Shown: positions 1 through 11,653, counted from the stretch's first letter. The stretch is DNA of 64,000 bases from Eledone cirrhosa (GCA_964016885.1 OZ024742.1:101432001-101496000); one strand, 5' to 3'. Notes: generated by a model from the letters alone, not told the origin. Numbers and translations: made by a program.

Positions 1-466
1 AACAAGGTACCAAGGGCGAGCCGATCCCTACATGGTGGCATACTTTTGTTGACTTCACTCTTCTTGAACTCCACGCTACTGATCTTGACAGTGAAATCAA
101 TGCTGTCATTTTTTTGTGTTAAGTTTTTTCTAAGTGGATATTATTACTTTAACAGTGATTAATTGTAGTCTAATATATTAATAAATTACATGCATTGTTC
201 AGAAGGTTAGATGCTTTTTCTGTAAATGTAGGATATCCTGTAGATCAAAATGTAGACATGATGGAGCAAAACGGATATTCAGAAAGAAATTAACAATTGT
301 CACACAAAGTAATGTTTGCTAAAAAAAATGAGAGTCATGTAGAGTAATTAACATAAATAAATAAATTATTTTGCAGACTCACACATCAAATAAAGTTTTC
401 ATTTGATTCATTAAAGCAGTAGAAAAAGAAGAAAAGGAGAGAGACACAAACATTCCACACACCACA

Positions 467-568
467 AAGGGCGTTGGAGCCTCTCTTTAGCACATTTATG
501 AGGCAAGCCAAGACACTCACAGCATTACCGTGATTGATAGCGTGGCTAAAGTGCTGGCACAACCAAGT
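467..568 (-). mobile_element. 3' fragment of CRE-clade non-LTR retrotransposon (RLE C-terminus)
   Basis: Minus strand reads WLCQHFSHAINHGNAVSVL (cf. CRE-type LFQRLS.AIQRGNA..IL); similar to 1159-1253. Confidence 0.55.
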
Positions 569-1158
569 GAAGCAAAGTTTTGGTTGGAAGAGGATGATAA
601 ACATGACAAATACCAATAATTCTGGTTGAATTTATATCTTTACTTCACTTCAGCAAAAAAAAAAAAATATGATGACTTCGAATCGTAAATATAAAGTTTG
701 ATTATAATATTCACAAATAAATATAGTGTTCAATAAGGCTTCTGGGTTGTGTGGGAGTCTCTTTGTTTACCATACAATGTTCTCTTTAAAAAGTGACAAG
801 TTGTAGTCAGACAGTATGTAACAGCAGAGGTAGTTGTAAACTCTGTTATGGTGAGGTTGTGTTGCACAAGCGCAGTGGCAAGGAAGTGTTGTCTAGGAGA
901 AGAGGCAGAAGACTGAGAGTTGTTGAGAGGGCCGGAATGTTTGGCTTAGTGCTACATCTTTCTACTTGCTAGAGCAACTCCGTGTGATGTCCCCTTTTTG
1001 AGAGACAAGAGCAGAATGTGTGTAGAAGCTAGTTAATCTCTGAAAAACTGCAAATGACTCCCTTCTCCAGACCAGGAGACGTCAGATTTTGAAACAAAAG
1101 AAAATGAGCAAAGTGTTGACCAGAGGTCAGCATATGTAGTCACAATGACCTACACCAC

Positions 1159-1880
1159 AGGGCATTGGAGCATCTCTCTAATACATTTTTGAGGCAAGCC
1201 CAAGACAGCATTACTGCGATTGATAGTGAGGCTAAGATGCTGGCACAACCAAGTATACTCACGAGCATCACTGGATACTTCGGTATGAAGAGCCACCAAC
1301 AATGACAAGAACATCGTTGTCAACGGCCCAGTTCTCTCATACGTCTCGAATGCCAGAGGCTAGAAAAATAGTTTGACAATAATTCACGATATTTTATTCG
1401 GTTCAGCTACGGCACCAGTGACCCACACCTTTACCACAACATCCAGGATGTGGGAAGAAGCAAAAGAGTCACTAGCTGTGGCATTCCCAGTGCCAGGTTT
1501 AGGACAAATGAGGCCCCTTACTTGGACCCTGAAGGAGGTAATTCATCGTAAAAAATGTTTATGGCAGGAAGATAGACTCTCCCCCCCACCAGGCCAATGA
1601 GACCCTGTGCTTAAGCACAATGGTAAATCCGGCACAGGGCATCCCAAATGAGACATCTACTTTTTACACAGGGACAAATGGTAAGACCATTTGATCTCTT
1701 TCAAACAACTCTGGACAATCCAACCAGCTCCAGAATTAGGTTTAGCTAAGAGAATGTTTTGCTTTTCGCAAAGGTCACTACAATAATATTGTTGAATAAA
1801 ATCGATGATATAACTCCTTGAGACGGAAAAAAAGTGAACTGCTTACAATAACAGGAACCTCGTTGTCAACAGTTTAACTC
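1159..1880 (-). mobile_element. Degenerate CRE-clade LINE 3' end (restriction-like endonuclease), interrupted by a MITE
   Basis: Minus-strand remnants LELVGLSR..KRSNGLTICPCVKSRCLIWDA-TASDSFASSH...PLAFET...EYTWLCQHLSLTINRSNA match the CRE RLE pattern (KRPDGLT.IPW..GR.LVWDAT, PLAVET, WLFQRLS). Confidence 0.65.
1488..1637. mobile_element. hAT-type MITE
   Basis: TIRs CAGTGCCAGGTTTA / TAAATCCGGCACAG; 8-bp TSD ggcattcc (1480-1487) / ggcatccc (1638-1645). Confidence 0.75.
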
Positions 1881-2107
1881 CCACAGACGTTTTGAACTCT
1901 ACTGACTGGAAAAATAGTTTGCCGATAATTCTTGGTATTTTTTTTATTTTACACTACGTTGCAAATGGGTTTCCCCGAGAACTTACAGCTACAACGTGGT
2001 ATATGTCACTTAACATTAAGATTTTTGGTATCAAGATAAACAGAAATCTGGTGTCAACAATAATAGATTCTGCTATGAACAATTAATAGCATCATATATT
2101 TAAATTA

Positions 2108-2255
2108 GGCGGCGATTTGGCAAAGTCGTTAGAACGTCGGATGGAATGCCTTGTGGCATTCATTTCGGCTCTCTGCACTCTAAATTCAAAACCTGCCAAG
2201 ACGAACTTTGCCTGTCATCCTTTCGAGGTCGATAAGAAAAGTACCTTGTCCAGTA
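2108..2255 (+). mobile_element. tRNA-derived SINE (family B, diverged)
   Basis: GGCGGCGATTTGGCA head, TTCAAA B-box-like motif, core CTTTGCCT.TCATCCTTTCGAGGTCGATAA shared with many copies in the window. Confidence 0.75.
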
Positions 2256-2460
2256 GTGGAGACAATATTTTCTCTCTCTCATTAACTCTCTCCTTCTCTG
2301 GAAGAAATCAACTGTTTTCAGACATGGAGAAAAGGGGAATTCCGTCAGGTTTAAAGTGCCCAAACACGCCCCTACAACTCCATCAGGTGTTACGGTTCCA
2401 TACATACATATATTTCAGATTTTATGGCATCTCTTAGTCTTTTATTGGTATTTTCTTTTT

Positions 2461-2835
2461 AATAATAATGAAATTATTGTGTACAGTGCTCAGGTGCTAC
2501 AACTCATCAAAGGTGCATGTATAGTACATAGAACAATGTACAAATGTCAGGAAAATGAACTGTACGAGTCATGAAATACATGTGTGCGTGTGTATGGAGG
2601 GGGGGGGGGATCAGGTGTAGTGTTGGTGAATCTCAGGAAGTATGGAGGTTTTAAAGGATGCAGTGTCTCGATAGCTAACAACTGATGCAGGTAGTTTGTT
2701 CCATGCTTCAGCAACTCTGAGCGTGAAAAAATATTTCCGAAAGTCATGAGAGCTGTGCTGTTTTCTGACTTTGTAGGCATGCCCACGTGTGTTAGACACA
2801 TGGAGATCAAAAAGATGCTCACGGTTGATGTTGGG
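2461..2835 (-). mobile_element. CR1/L2-group LINE 3' end
   Basis: NTRGHAYKVRKQHS..FFTLRVAEAWNKLPASVV; (ATT)n tail; homologous to 45055-45375. Confidence 0.85.
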
Positions 2836-4097
2836 AAGATCTATCTTTTTGATAGATTATTAAAGTTCACATGCCATTAAAAGAAATAATGTATTCTTTT
2901 TTAAGAATTTGACAGCTACTTTTAGCAGCTCAAGTGATCACATAGATACTTCCTCATGGACGTGTCAGTATGATGAAGTGGCGTAAGTCACTTCTGGGAG
3001 CAGTGACAGCTCTGGAATTTTTGAATCAACCACAAAATTTAAACTTTTCAAAATAATATTATAAAAATATATATACGGTTTTTTTTTAAAAATAATTTTA
3101 GTTGACTAGATTATATTTTAAACACTGCTTCATAGGAAAAAAGTGTCACCTCAAAATAGTGATGTGTATGTATCGTAAATACACAGACCACCATCACTAC
3201 CTCAATTATGTCTTTACTTGCTGTACCCAGTTGAATTCTTCTCGTGGGAATATCTAACTTACAATCTATGTATTAATAATGTTACTGAAGCTGGAGACAA
3301 GCACCAACCAATAAGGACCACTGCGATTTAGAATATGATTAGAAAGAGCAGTAAACTAGATTTTGTTACGATCATCTGTTGGTGATGTTACTTAGATTTC
3401 TAAATTTAAAACTGATAACATAATTGGGACACACCCCCACACACACACACTCCACTTCAACTTTCTTCGTGTTTAAGATAAAATTACAGACCGTAGTTCT
3501 TCTTCACTGGACCCATGTTAACCTACTGGCCTAGAATTTAGTGAACAGTAGAGAAGTAACTAGTGTATAGAGTAGAATACATAGACAACAACAACAATGA
3601 AAAGAAGAAAATAGGGAACGCTGTTAATTATAAAGAAGATAAGTTATCAACAGCAGATAAATAAAAATCTATCATAATATCATCACTTTAGAAATGTATC
3701 TTCTCAGCAAAACAAATTTCCTTTCAAGCAGGATGTATAGAATTACAAATGGTACTTAATAAATGAAGGTAAAGTTTAGGTTTTCTTCTAGTAGTTTGTT
3801 TATATACGTTTCGTTGGTGTGTTTTTTTTACTATAATTACTTTGTACTGAGTTTCCTTCTCCCACTTTTACTTGCATGGGACAGTAGGAAATGAAGACGG
3901 TTGAGCAAAACGTCTGTATGAGTAAATCAGACGAGTGACGTATTTGAATTGGAGTATCTTGTTCTGAAATCATCATCATCATCATCACCATCACCACTAC
4001 CATCATCATCATTTTTACATCACCAGAGGGTGTTTGCATAGCTACGGCTTCCTAGAACTGTATTTCTATGGAGATACGAAATATATATATATATATA

Positions 4098-4251
4098 TAA
4101 TGAAGGAAGTGTGGTAAGGAACCAGGTCGCACCACAGTACTCGATACTTAGGTTAGTAGAGTGGGTAATAGGTAATTGAACACTACTGGGTTACTTCAGA
4201 TGTAGCTGTCGAAACGGCCGGAGCTCAGCCATCGGGGTCATGACTCTTTTC
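4098..4251 (-). mobile_element. Penelope-like mini-element (family P1) with 5'-inverted partial hammerhead
   Basis: Homologous to 34267-34438 and 35212-35324; embedded in (TA)n; the inverted piece carries GAAA-CGGC..GCCA-TC-GGGG. Confidence 0.6.
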
Positions 4252-4387
4252 ATATATATATAAAGGACATGCGTGACCGAAAGGGGTCTTTACCCATTAT
4301 ATATATATATATATATATATAAATGAAAGGTATAGAAAATATTGTAGCAAGAAGCCGACAGTATTCCATAATATATATATATATATA

Positions 4388-4737
4388 ATGGGTAAAGACC
4401 CCTTTCGTACACAAACGGCCAAATGGGATTTGTACCTAGAACATTATTCCCCTCGGAGGCACAAGTCCGGGCAAGGTTGTTTGTGGAAGACCAGCAGTCA
4501 CCTATGCATACCAGTCTCTCCTTTCCACGCCACGGATGTTATCCAAAGGAAAGGCAATATCTGATACAGCTTGGCACCACTGACGTCGCAACTCATTTCT
4601 ACAGCCGAGTTAACGAGCAATGTGAAATAAAGTGTCTTGCGCAAAGACAAAGTGTCACTCAGTCCGAGAATCGAAAACTCCCAAACTCCCAATTGCAAGC
4701 CCAACCAACGCATAATCAGTAAGCCATACGCCTTCAC
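4388..4737 (-). mobile_element. tRNA-derived SINE (family A)
   Basis: Minus-strand head GTGAAGGCGTATGGCTTACTGATTA..GTTTTCGATTC; core CTTTGCGCAAGACACTTTATTTCAC; tail ..GAAAGGGGTCTTTACCC; other copies at 9771-10020 and 29355-29625. Confidence 0.8.
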
Positions 4738-4758
4738 TATATATATATATACATACAT

Positions 4759-4876
<118 letters not shown>

Positions 4877-4894
4877 TTTAGTGGCGCTAAATAA

Positions 4895-6447
4895 AGTAAA
4901 ATGCTCTAAGCCAGTATTATTTTTATTTTTATTTTTATTTAATTTTAGTGACTGGATGGCTATGCTGTTCGTAGTTGCTGCGACCTGAATTTCTAATCAC
5001 ATGTTGGTGACAGAATTGTGTGTGCAAAATTGGCTTGAAATGATTCTTGAACAATGTTTTAATGTTGACCTGTGATTTTCTGCATGTAGTGGTTGTTTAT
5101 TGTAATAATCCAGCATGCATTTTCTTGAGTTATGATGTAATTGTTACGCTTAATATATTACTATGTATATTTAACCTGTGAGCATATATGTATATATATA
5201 TGTATGTATATGTTTATATATATGCGTGTATATGTATGTGTATATATATATAATATATTGAATATGTAAACAATTAGTCCTGCTTCTATTGCTAATTGTG
5301 CATGAATAATAACTTTGCCAATTACTTTATAACAACTAATATATTGTGACTGCTTAAATTCTATCACACGCTAACCTAAACCTGCTTATGCATGGCTCCT
5401 TTTTATGCCTTAAATGTATTTACTTGTTTCACTCAGCAATACCATATATTAACCACATGTACTGGAGTGAGGCCTGTGCCTTTGTGATACCTTTCTATAT
5501 ACTTGTGAACACCAATTGGCTACCTAGTTCGGGTACCTACTGACATACCTTGTGTATGTATAGTATGATGGTCATTCGAATTACTGTGGTCCTTTGTGAT
5601 GTACTAAAAGATCTCTTCACGCATGTATATAGACTACTGACATTATACTCACTTATGTTGCTAAGAACTGCGCTTGTAATAACTTGCTTCTCTAAGGACT
5701 CATAACATATAACTTTTTCTCGATTTATTAAATATTTTTAATCTTTTTTAATTTAATTTTATCTTATTATTATATTATTTTATTATACTTTTTTATATTA
5801 ATCTATTGTATTTTAATTTATTTTTAGTATATATTTTTTATTTAATTATTTTACTTTATTTCATTATACTTTTCTTCATTTCATTTTATTATATTATCTC
5901 TATTATTATTTTTTATCTTTATTTTTATATTTTTTATTACTTTAATATAATTTATATTATGTTTTAACATTTGCCTGTATTTTCTTATGTACTTTTTATG
6001 TATTTTTTATGCATTTTTATGTATTTATTATGTTCTTTTTAATGCTTTTACACTTTTTGATTTTAAATTCTACAATTTTGAGTGCCATCTACTGTGTCTT
6101 CATCTTATTGAATCCAATTGTACCTTGGTATTTTGCAGTGATGCTTAGTAACCCCAGCATGAACCTATTTGTTAGCTTTCTCCAATCCCCTATTATTTTT
6201 TCTGATTGTTCGTGTGACTAAGTTATTGTGGAGCTTATACTCAATACGGTATTTGTTGAGCTCTGATGATTCCTGCCTAAAGGTGAGGATGAAACATTGT
6301 TAGTGAATAAAGACTGTTTGAGTATGTAAGCGTTCTTTGGTTTCTTTTGCATATAACGGCTCTGTCTATGTACATTGAGCTAACACAATACTGCAATGGT
6401 ACAGTACGGTGAGTAGGTGTTTATGCACATACGCTCCGAACTTCACG

Positions 6448-6450
<3 letters not shown>
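4895..6450 (-). pseudogene. Highly decayed Penelope-like retroelement (RT remnant) with an oppositely oriented hammerhead-bearing pLTR
   Basis: Minus-strand remnants YNVSSLYTC (~5622-5648) and HTQGMSVGT (~5533-5560) resemble PLE RT motifs DV.SLYT and G.AMG; hammerhead motif plus AATAAA at 6260-6311 on +; flanked by (TA)n. Confidence 0.45.
6260..6304 (+). ncRNA. Minimal type I hammerhead ribozyme motif (PLE-type)
   Basis: gct-CTGATGA-t-TCCT..AGGA-t-GAAA-CattG-TT-agt, followed by AATAAA. Confidence 0.55.
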
Positions 6451-6481
<31 letters not shown>

Positions 6482-6486
<5 letters not shown>

Positions 6487-6888
6487 ATATTAAATCATGT
6501 TTTTTCAGTACGTCCTCGTCAGATAAAATACATGAATTGATGTATGACATACCTCAACGGTCTTGATGGTTCAATTCCCGTATTGGCAGTTCAATTCCAG
6601 TATTGGCAGTTCAATTCCAGTACTGCCAATACTGGAATTGAACCATCAAGACCGTTGAGGTATGTCAATCATCAATTCATGTATTTTATCTGACGAGGAC
6701 GAACTGAAAAAACAGCACAGTACCTTCGAAATATATATAATAAAACATATATTTTGATTATGTGAATGTCTTCATTTATTAATATTCTGAATAATATTAA
6801 TAACTCCAGAAAACTTCTTTGTAGAGTGCTTTTAATCTATTGTAAAACTATATTCATTGAGTAATCAATGAACCATATTAATCTTTGG

Positions 6889-6891
<3 letters not shown>
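6482..6891 (+). mobile_element. Penelope-like mini-element with long inverted repeat
   Basis: Arms ~6498-6600 and ~6622-6714 are near-perfect reverse complements; hammerhead at 6684-6745; (TA)n on both sides. Confidence 0.7.
6684..6745 (+). ncRNA. Type I hammerhead ribozyme motif, intact core
   Basis: TTTTAT-CTGACGA-GGA..ACTG..CAGT..TTC-GAAA-TATATA-TA-ATAAAA; 6-bp stem I, palindromic stem III. Confidence 0.75.
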
Positions 6892-6937
<46 letters not shown>

Positions 6938-6938
<1 letters not shown>

Positions 6939-7212
6939 AGTTATGTAATAAACAACATAAGATAATTAATTCATTTACCAGTGGTTTCTTGAAGAGCTTG
7001 ACACTTATGTCCGTCTTCATTCATCAGAAAATTTTTTTAGAATAATAAAATATTTTTCTGATGAATGAAGACGGACATAAGTGTCAAGCTCTTCAAGAAA
7101 CCACTGGTAAATGAATTAATTATCTTATGTTGTTTATTACATAACTAAAAAGCTCTGTAGCCTACATAGAGCACTCTTTTTTCCTTTACCTTTCCTTCGG
7201 AAATACTTCATT
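6938..7212 (+). mobile_element. Penelope-like mini-element with perfect ~93-bp inverted repeat
   Basis: 6938-7031 is the reverse complement of 7054-7147; each arm contains a full hammerhead motif. Confidence 0.7.
7056..7111 (+). ncRNA. Type I hammerhead motif (mirror copy on - at ~6974-7029)
   Basis: CTGATGA-a-TGAAGA..GACAtaagTGTC..TCTTCA-a-GAAA-CCactGG-TA. Confidence 0.7.
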
Positions 7213-7224
7213 TATATATATGTA

Positions 7225-7471
7225 TGTAGCGAAATCTGCCCACGTCTTGAACCTTGGGTGACACCTAAAAGTCAAATTCTAGGTCACCATCCTTTTCGGT
7301 GTAGACACGTTCATGCGTGGGCGATCCCTCGAGGCAAGGAGACAGAAAGCGACAGGTATATAAAGCCTATATTTTCTCACGTTTTACACAGAGAGATCGG
7401 AGCCGTACTCTATATTACAAGCTATGTAAAGATTCACCGCTTACTACAGGCCGCAGAGGTTTACAGGCCAT

Positions 7472-7565
<94 letters not shown>

Positions 7566-7617
7566 CTGGTCTCAAACTACACCAGCCTCATGAACCAACA
7601 ACAAAATAACATTGTCA
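7225..7617 (+). mobile_element. LTR (gypsy-like) with a decayed PBS-like remnant
   Basis: TGTAGCG...TTGTCA termini; homologous to 31498-32077; followed by (t)tcgcgactcctgg. Confidence 0.6.
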
Positions 7618-8161
7618 ACCTTCGCGACTCCTGGTAACTTGTTTATTGTTCTTTTTGACTGAAGTGAAGTAAACCTTTTTATATATAAAGTAAATCAGCT
7701 ATTCTTGTTATTTCATCTAACAACCATTTTATTATATCTAACAACCAACCACTGATACCTATCGTTTACATATATACCATTTTCTACTATCGAGTACTCT
7801 GGTGAGTAATGGTTTAACAGGTTTTTACTGCATCCATTTTGAGAGAGAGAGGTAGGGAAGGACAGAGGAGAGAGAAGGAATGTAGTGATGTTGATTAGAG
7901 ACATCCGCAATATGGTTGAGTGAAGCAGGAAAATACCCCAGAGAATCGTTCTGTATATTAAATATAAATACGGTGGTGTTTTACATATGTAATATGATGA
8001 TTTGAAAAACCTCAATCAACTGAAATTATCTTGTTTTTTGTTGTTGTTGGTGTTGTTTTGTTCCTTTTTCTTTAGATTTTAAACACCCATAGAGCTTCGT
8101 TTATTAAATATTTTGATAATATCAATTGATCGAAGTTTTTTTTCACTCACTATATTACATA

Positions 8162-8750
8162 CTAGCAGATGTACCCGGCGTTGCTCGGGAAATGAATGAC
8201 AGCCTGTTTGTCCGTATAAAGAGAGCCAAAGGTTGAGCAAAGAATTGAAATGTAATTGTAAAAAAAAGTTTAACAAAATGGGTGTACAGTGACATGATTG
8301 AGTGAAATAAACGGCAACATAAAAACAATTCATGGGGTAGCTTGAGTTAATTGACGTGAATGATTTCAGGTCCGGCCTTGCTGTAGTAGGTATGAATAAG
8401 GGGATAAAGATGGAATAGACGCACCGTATGTCCTTCAGTAGACTAAACCCTATGCGTAAGATGGCGCTGCTACTACCACGTTGACCATCCACTGGACATA
8501 GAAATATCATTCCTTGAAGCAAATCGGCCTAGTATTTGTACACAGACAGATACACACACAAAATCGATTTTTCGGCCCCAATATCGATTTTTTTTTCAAA
8601 TTTGTTTTTGTTCAAAACCTGTTCTGGCATATAAGCAACATGTGTGCCAAATTTGGTTGAAATCGGCCTAGTACTTCAAAAGTTAAAAGGAGCCAGTATT
8701 TGTACACAGACAGACACACACACAGGCCGACTTGCTTTTATATATATAGA
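8162..8750 (-). mobile_element. Non-autonomous Helitron
   Basis: Minus strand A|TC...CCCGAGCAACGCCGGG hairpin..CTAG|T; same 3' hairpin as 17434 and 21253. Confidence 0.85.
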
Positions 8751-9180
8751 TATGATACGCGACCGATATTTGCACTTAGTATGTAGAATGGTCCACTGGG
8801 GTATTTTCTCTTAGCCAAAATATTAAACGCTTTCTAACTTTTAATTCATAAAGTCGAAAGTGTGAGAAAGAAGGCGAGATAGAAAAAAATTGTCCTTTTT
8901 ATAATGTAAGAGGATAATTATTTTTGAGGATATCAGCAAAACTGTTATATGGATACTTATGGAACGGACCTCTGTCAGTTTCAACAATAAACGTTCATGT
9001 TGTTCAATCAACAGAACAACCAGTTAATTGAGCATTCCACAGACACGTGCACCCTAAACATATTTTTCAGGGAGATTCAGTATGACAAGTGTAATAATTT
9101 GAATTTTAAGCACAGTATATCAGATGGGCTTCCAAATAGTTTCCGTCTACCCAATTTCATCTACATAGTGTGGGTCGAGC

Positions 9181-9374
9181 CAGACTTGCCAACTTCTAAA
9201 AACCCAAACGGAGAGTACCATGAAAAAAGTGCCCCAAAACGGGGAGGAATGAGGCAAAATGGGGAGATTTTACATAATGAAAGCTATACCTAATTTCACA
9301 AGAGATGACATCTCTCACCCACCCCAAAGTGGGTGGGAGATCTCCCCGTCGGACGGGGAGAGTTGACAGGTCTT
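9181..9374. mobile_element. hAT-like MITE inserted in an older SINE (~8960-9440)
   Basis: TIRs CAGACTTGCCAACT / AGTTGACAGGTCTT; imperfect gtcgagc/gtcgaac duplication. Confidence 0.55.
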
Positions 9375-9770
9375 GTCGAACTGAGGCTATGGTAAATGAC
9401 ATCTGCATAAGATGCCATGCAGAGGGATCGAACCTGGGCCTAATTATTTACGAATATAAAGTCAAATCAAGCCAACAAAAGAGCTTCCGTGCAGTCACTA
9501 GAAATGGTAGAAATAACAGCAAACTCTCTCTTAAATTACACCATATCATATTTGTATACATTGGATAAACTGCACACACACACATATCATTTATGTTGGA
9601 TGGCTTAACATATGGGTAGATCTGGTCATTCCAGTTAGCAAAAGATCATGATGTAATAATCTAAAGCACTCGACGTTAAGCAAATCATCCGTCATAGATG
9701 GAGTATATCGTGGTTGGTGCAGGTATGAAATTAAATATTTAAAAGACAATATATATATAATTAAATCACA

Positions 9771-10020
9771 AATGACCATAGGATTTGCGCCTAGAAAGTA
9801 CCCCCTCCAAGGCACAAGTCCAGGCAAGGTTGTGAAAGACCAGCAGTCACCTATGCATACCAGTCTCTCCTTTCCACGCCACCGATGTTGTCCAAAGGAA
9901 AGGCAATATTCGATACAGCTTGGCACAACTGGCGTCGCAACTCATTTCTACAGATGTGTAAAGTGGAGCATCGTGAAATAAAGTGTCTTGCTCAAGAACA
10001 CAACGCAAAGCCATGTCGGA
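9771..10020 (-). mobile_element. SINE family A, 5'-truncated
   Basis: Homologous to 4420-4660. Confidence 0.8.
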
Positions 10021-10140
<120 letters not shown>

Positions 10141-10303
10141 ATCAGCATATAGAGAGAAGTAGACATTTGCTCCTTCTACCTGGAGTTGCGACCGATAGAG
10201 AAAACAACACCATACTTCGCGACAGGGCATATCAAGGACCGAAATAACGGAGGTAAACTTTGTTTCATCGTTATTTATTTCTGTTATTTCTGCTCAAGTT
10301 CTA

Positions 10304-10362
10304 GCTGTCTGGTGAGGTCATAGCTGTTGAATAATGGTTGTCATCGAAATATATATAACTGC
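10304..10362 (+). ncRNA. Type I hammerhead motif with one core substitution (CUGGUGA), in PLE-like mini-element 10140-10512
   Basis: GCTGT-CTGGTGA-GGTcATAGCTGTT gaat AATGGTTGTcATC-GAAA-TATATA-TA-ACTGC. Confidence 0.6.
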
Positions 10363-10975
10363 GAATAGGAAGAAACGAAGTTGATTTTAACCTGTTGACT
10401 TACACTTCTTGTTTTTAAATTACTCCGGAGTATACAGACCCACCTGCGCACTGCGTTGAGTGCTCTACCCTGCATACTGAAGTATCAGTAACTAACCAAC
10501 ACATGCTCACATTTATATATATATATATGAGTGTGTGTTTTTGCGAGTCTGTGGGAGTGGGGCTTTATATGTGTGCGTCTGTGAATGTGCTTGTAGACAC
10601 CTGACCAAAAGCACTGTTAGCTTAAGTGAACCATAAAAACGAGGAGTGGCACCCCCAGAGTGAACCTGTCTATAGAATTCTTTCTGCATTTGTTATTCTA
10701 AATATAGTTTTTTAAGAATTCCCTTTTCTTTAAACCCATCAACCAATGACCTCCACACATCCCAATTACCACCCTCTCCTACCACCAGAAAAGATATGAA
10801 TACCACCATATTACTTGGGCACCAGCTTCCTGATGATTTCTCTCGAATGAAACAGTTCTAGTCCTGTAGAAGCCTTTCTATATTAAATATTTATACTCTG
10901 CTTTGTATTGAGTACCTTACCTACTGTGGTTACCCCCGATTGAACCCGGGATAAACTTATATATATATATATATA

Positions 10976-11196
10976 TGATAATAATGGAGCTGCGGCGCTG
11001 CAAATGGGTTACATATGAAAAAGTTTGTCCTCATCAGTGGCCTTCCAACCGTCGTAGGCATTTCATCGCATTAAAGGCCATATACCTCAGGTTGGTGCGA
11101 GCAACGGCTAAAAAAAGTCGTTGGGACACGTAAATAAGGGGGACGCTAGGGTAAACAAACAAAATGGTTTAAGCAACAGAAAGTGATGAAGAAGAA
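10976..11196 (-). mobile_element. Short non-coding element (family R) in (TA)n carrying a rearranged hammerhead
   Basis: Homologous to 27704-27875 over the motif and the 3' tail TTCATATG.A.C.CAT..GCA.C..CGCAGC..CCATT. Confidence 0.65.
11031..11100 (-). ncRNA. Candidate non-circularly permuted (rearranged) hammerhead ribozyme, copy A
   Basis: UCGCA CCAACC UG AGGUA UA UGGCCUU UAA UGCGA U GAAA UGCCU ACGAC GGUUGG AAGGCCA CUGAUGA; four helices supported by covariation with copy B. Confidence 0.75.
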
Positions 11197-11218
11197 ATAT
11201 ATATATATATATATATAT

Positions 11219-11614
11219 GGAAAGTTATATTTAAATTGTTGGGTTACAACTAGTAAATATTTATAACTGATATAAAAGCACTCAACAAGTATTTGGAGTA
11301 TATTTACGATATTAAATAAATGGAAACTATATTTATAAAACCATATTTATTTCATTATATATATTTCAGGGATATCATATTAACAATATGTTATGCCTTC
11401 CTCAGACAAAATACAATATAGACAGTTTTTGCGAAATCAACTTTTTCAAATACAAGTCGATGTTGAACGGTATGTCAAATCTATTTATCTATAAAACTGT
11501 CTATATTGTATTTTGCCCGAGGAAGGCATAACATATTGTTAATATGATATCCCTGAAATATATATAATGAAATAAATATGGTTTTATAAATATAGTTTCC
11601 ATTTATTTAATATC

Positions 11615-11617
<3 letters not shown>
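11219..11617 (-). mobile_element. Penelope-like mini-element with ~125-bp inverted repeat
   Basis: 11305-11429 is the reverse complement of 11493-11617 (2 mismatches); flanked by (TA)n. Confidence 0.7.
11351..11410 (-). ncRNA. Type I hammerhead motif (mirror copy on + at 11512-11571 has CCGAGGA)
   Basis: TTTGT-CTGAGGA-AGG..CATATT gtt AATATG..CCT-GAAA-TATATA-TA-ATGAA. Confidence 0.7.

Positions 11618-11653
<36 letters not shown>

Noticed and set aside
1-3530. Possible minus-strand host exons (1-130, ~3262-3320, ~3492-3530) with plausible splice signals
   Set aside because: No recognisable protein motif, and the trial splice reached a stop codon; needs RNA-seq
4204-4220. UNCG tetraloop hairpins (UUCG/UACG) on the minus strand of P1 elements
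   Set aside because: Better explained as the antisense of an inverted hammerhead 3' half
10826-10865. CTGATGA-TTTC..GAAT-GAAA-CAG..GTC as a functional hammerhead
   Set aside because: No convincing stem I and a weak stem III; kept only as a degenerate relic. The CTGATTT variant at ~31205-31260 (-) was rejected likewise.
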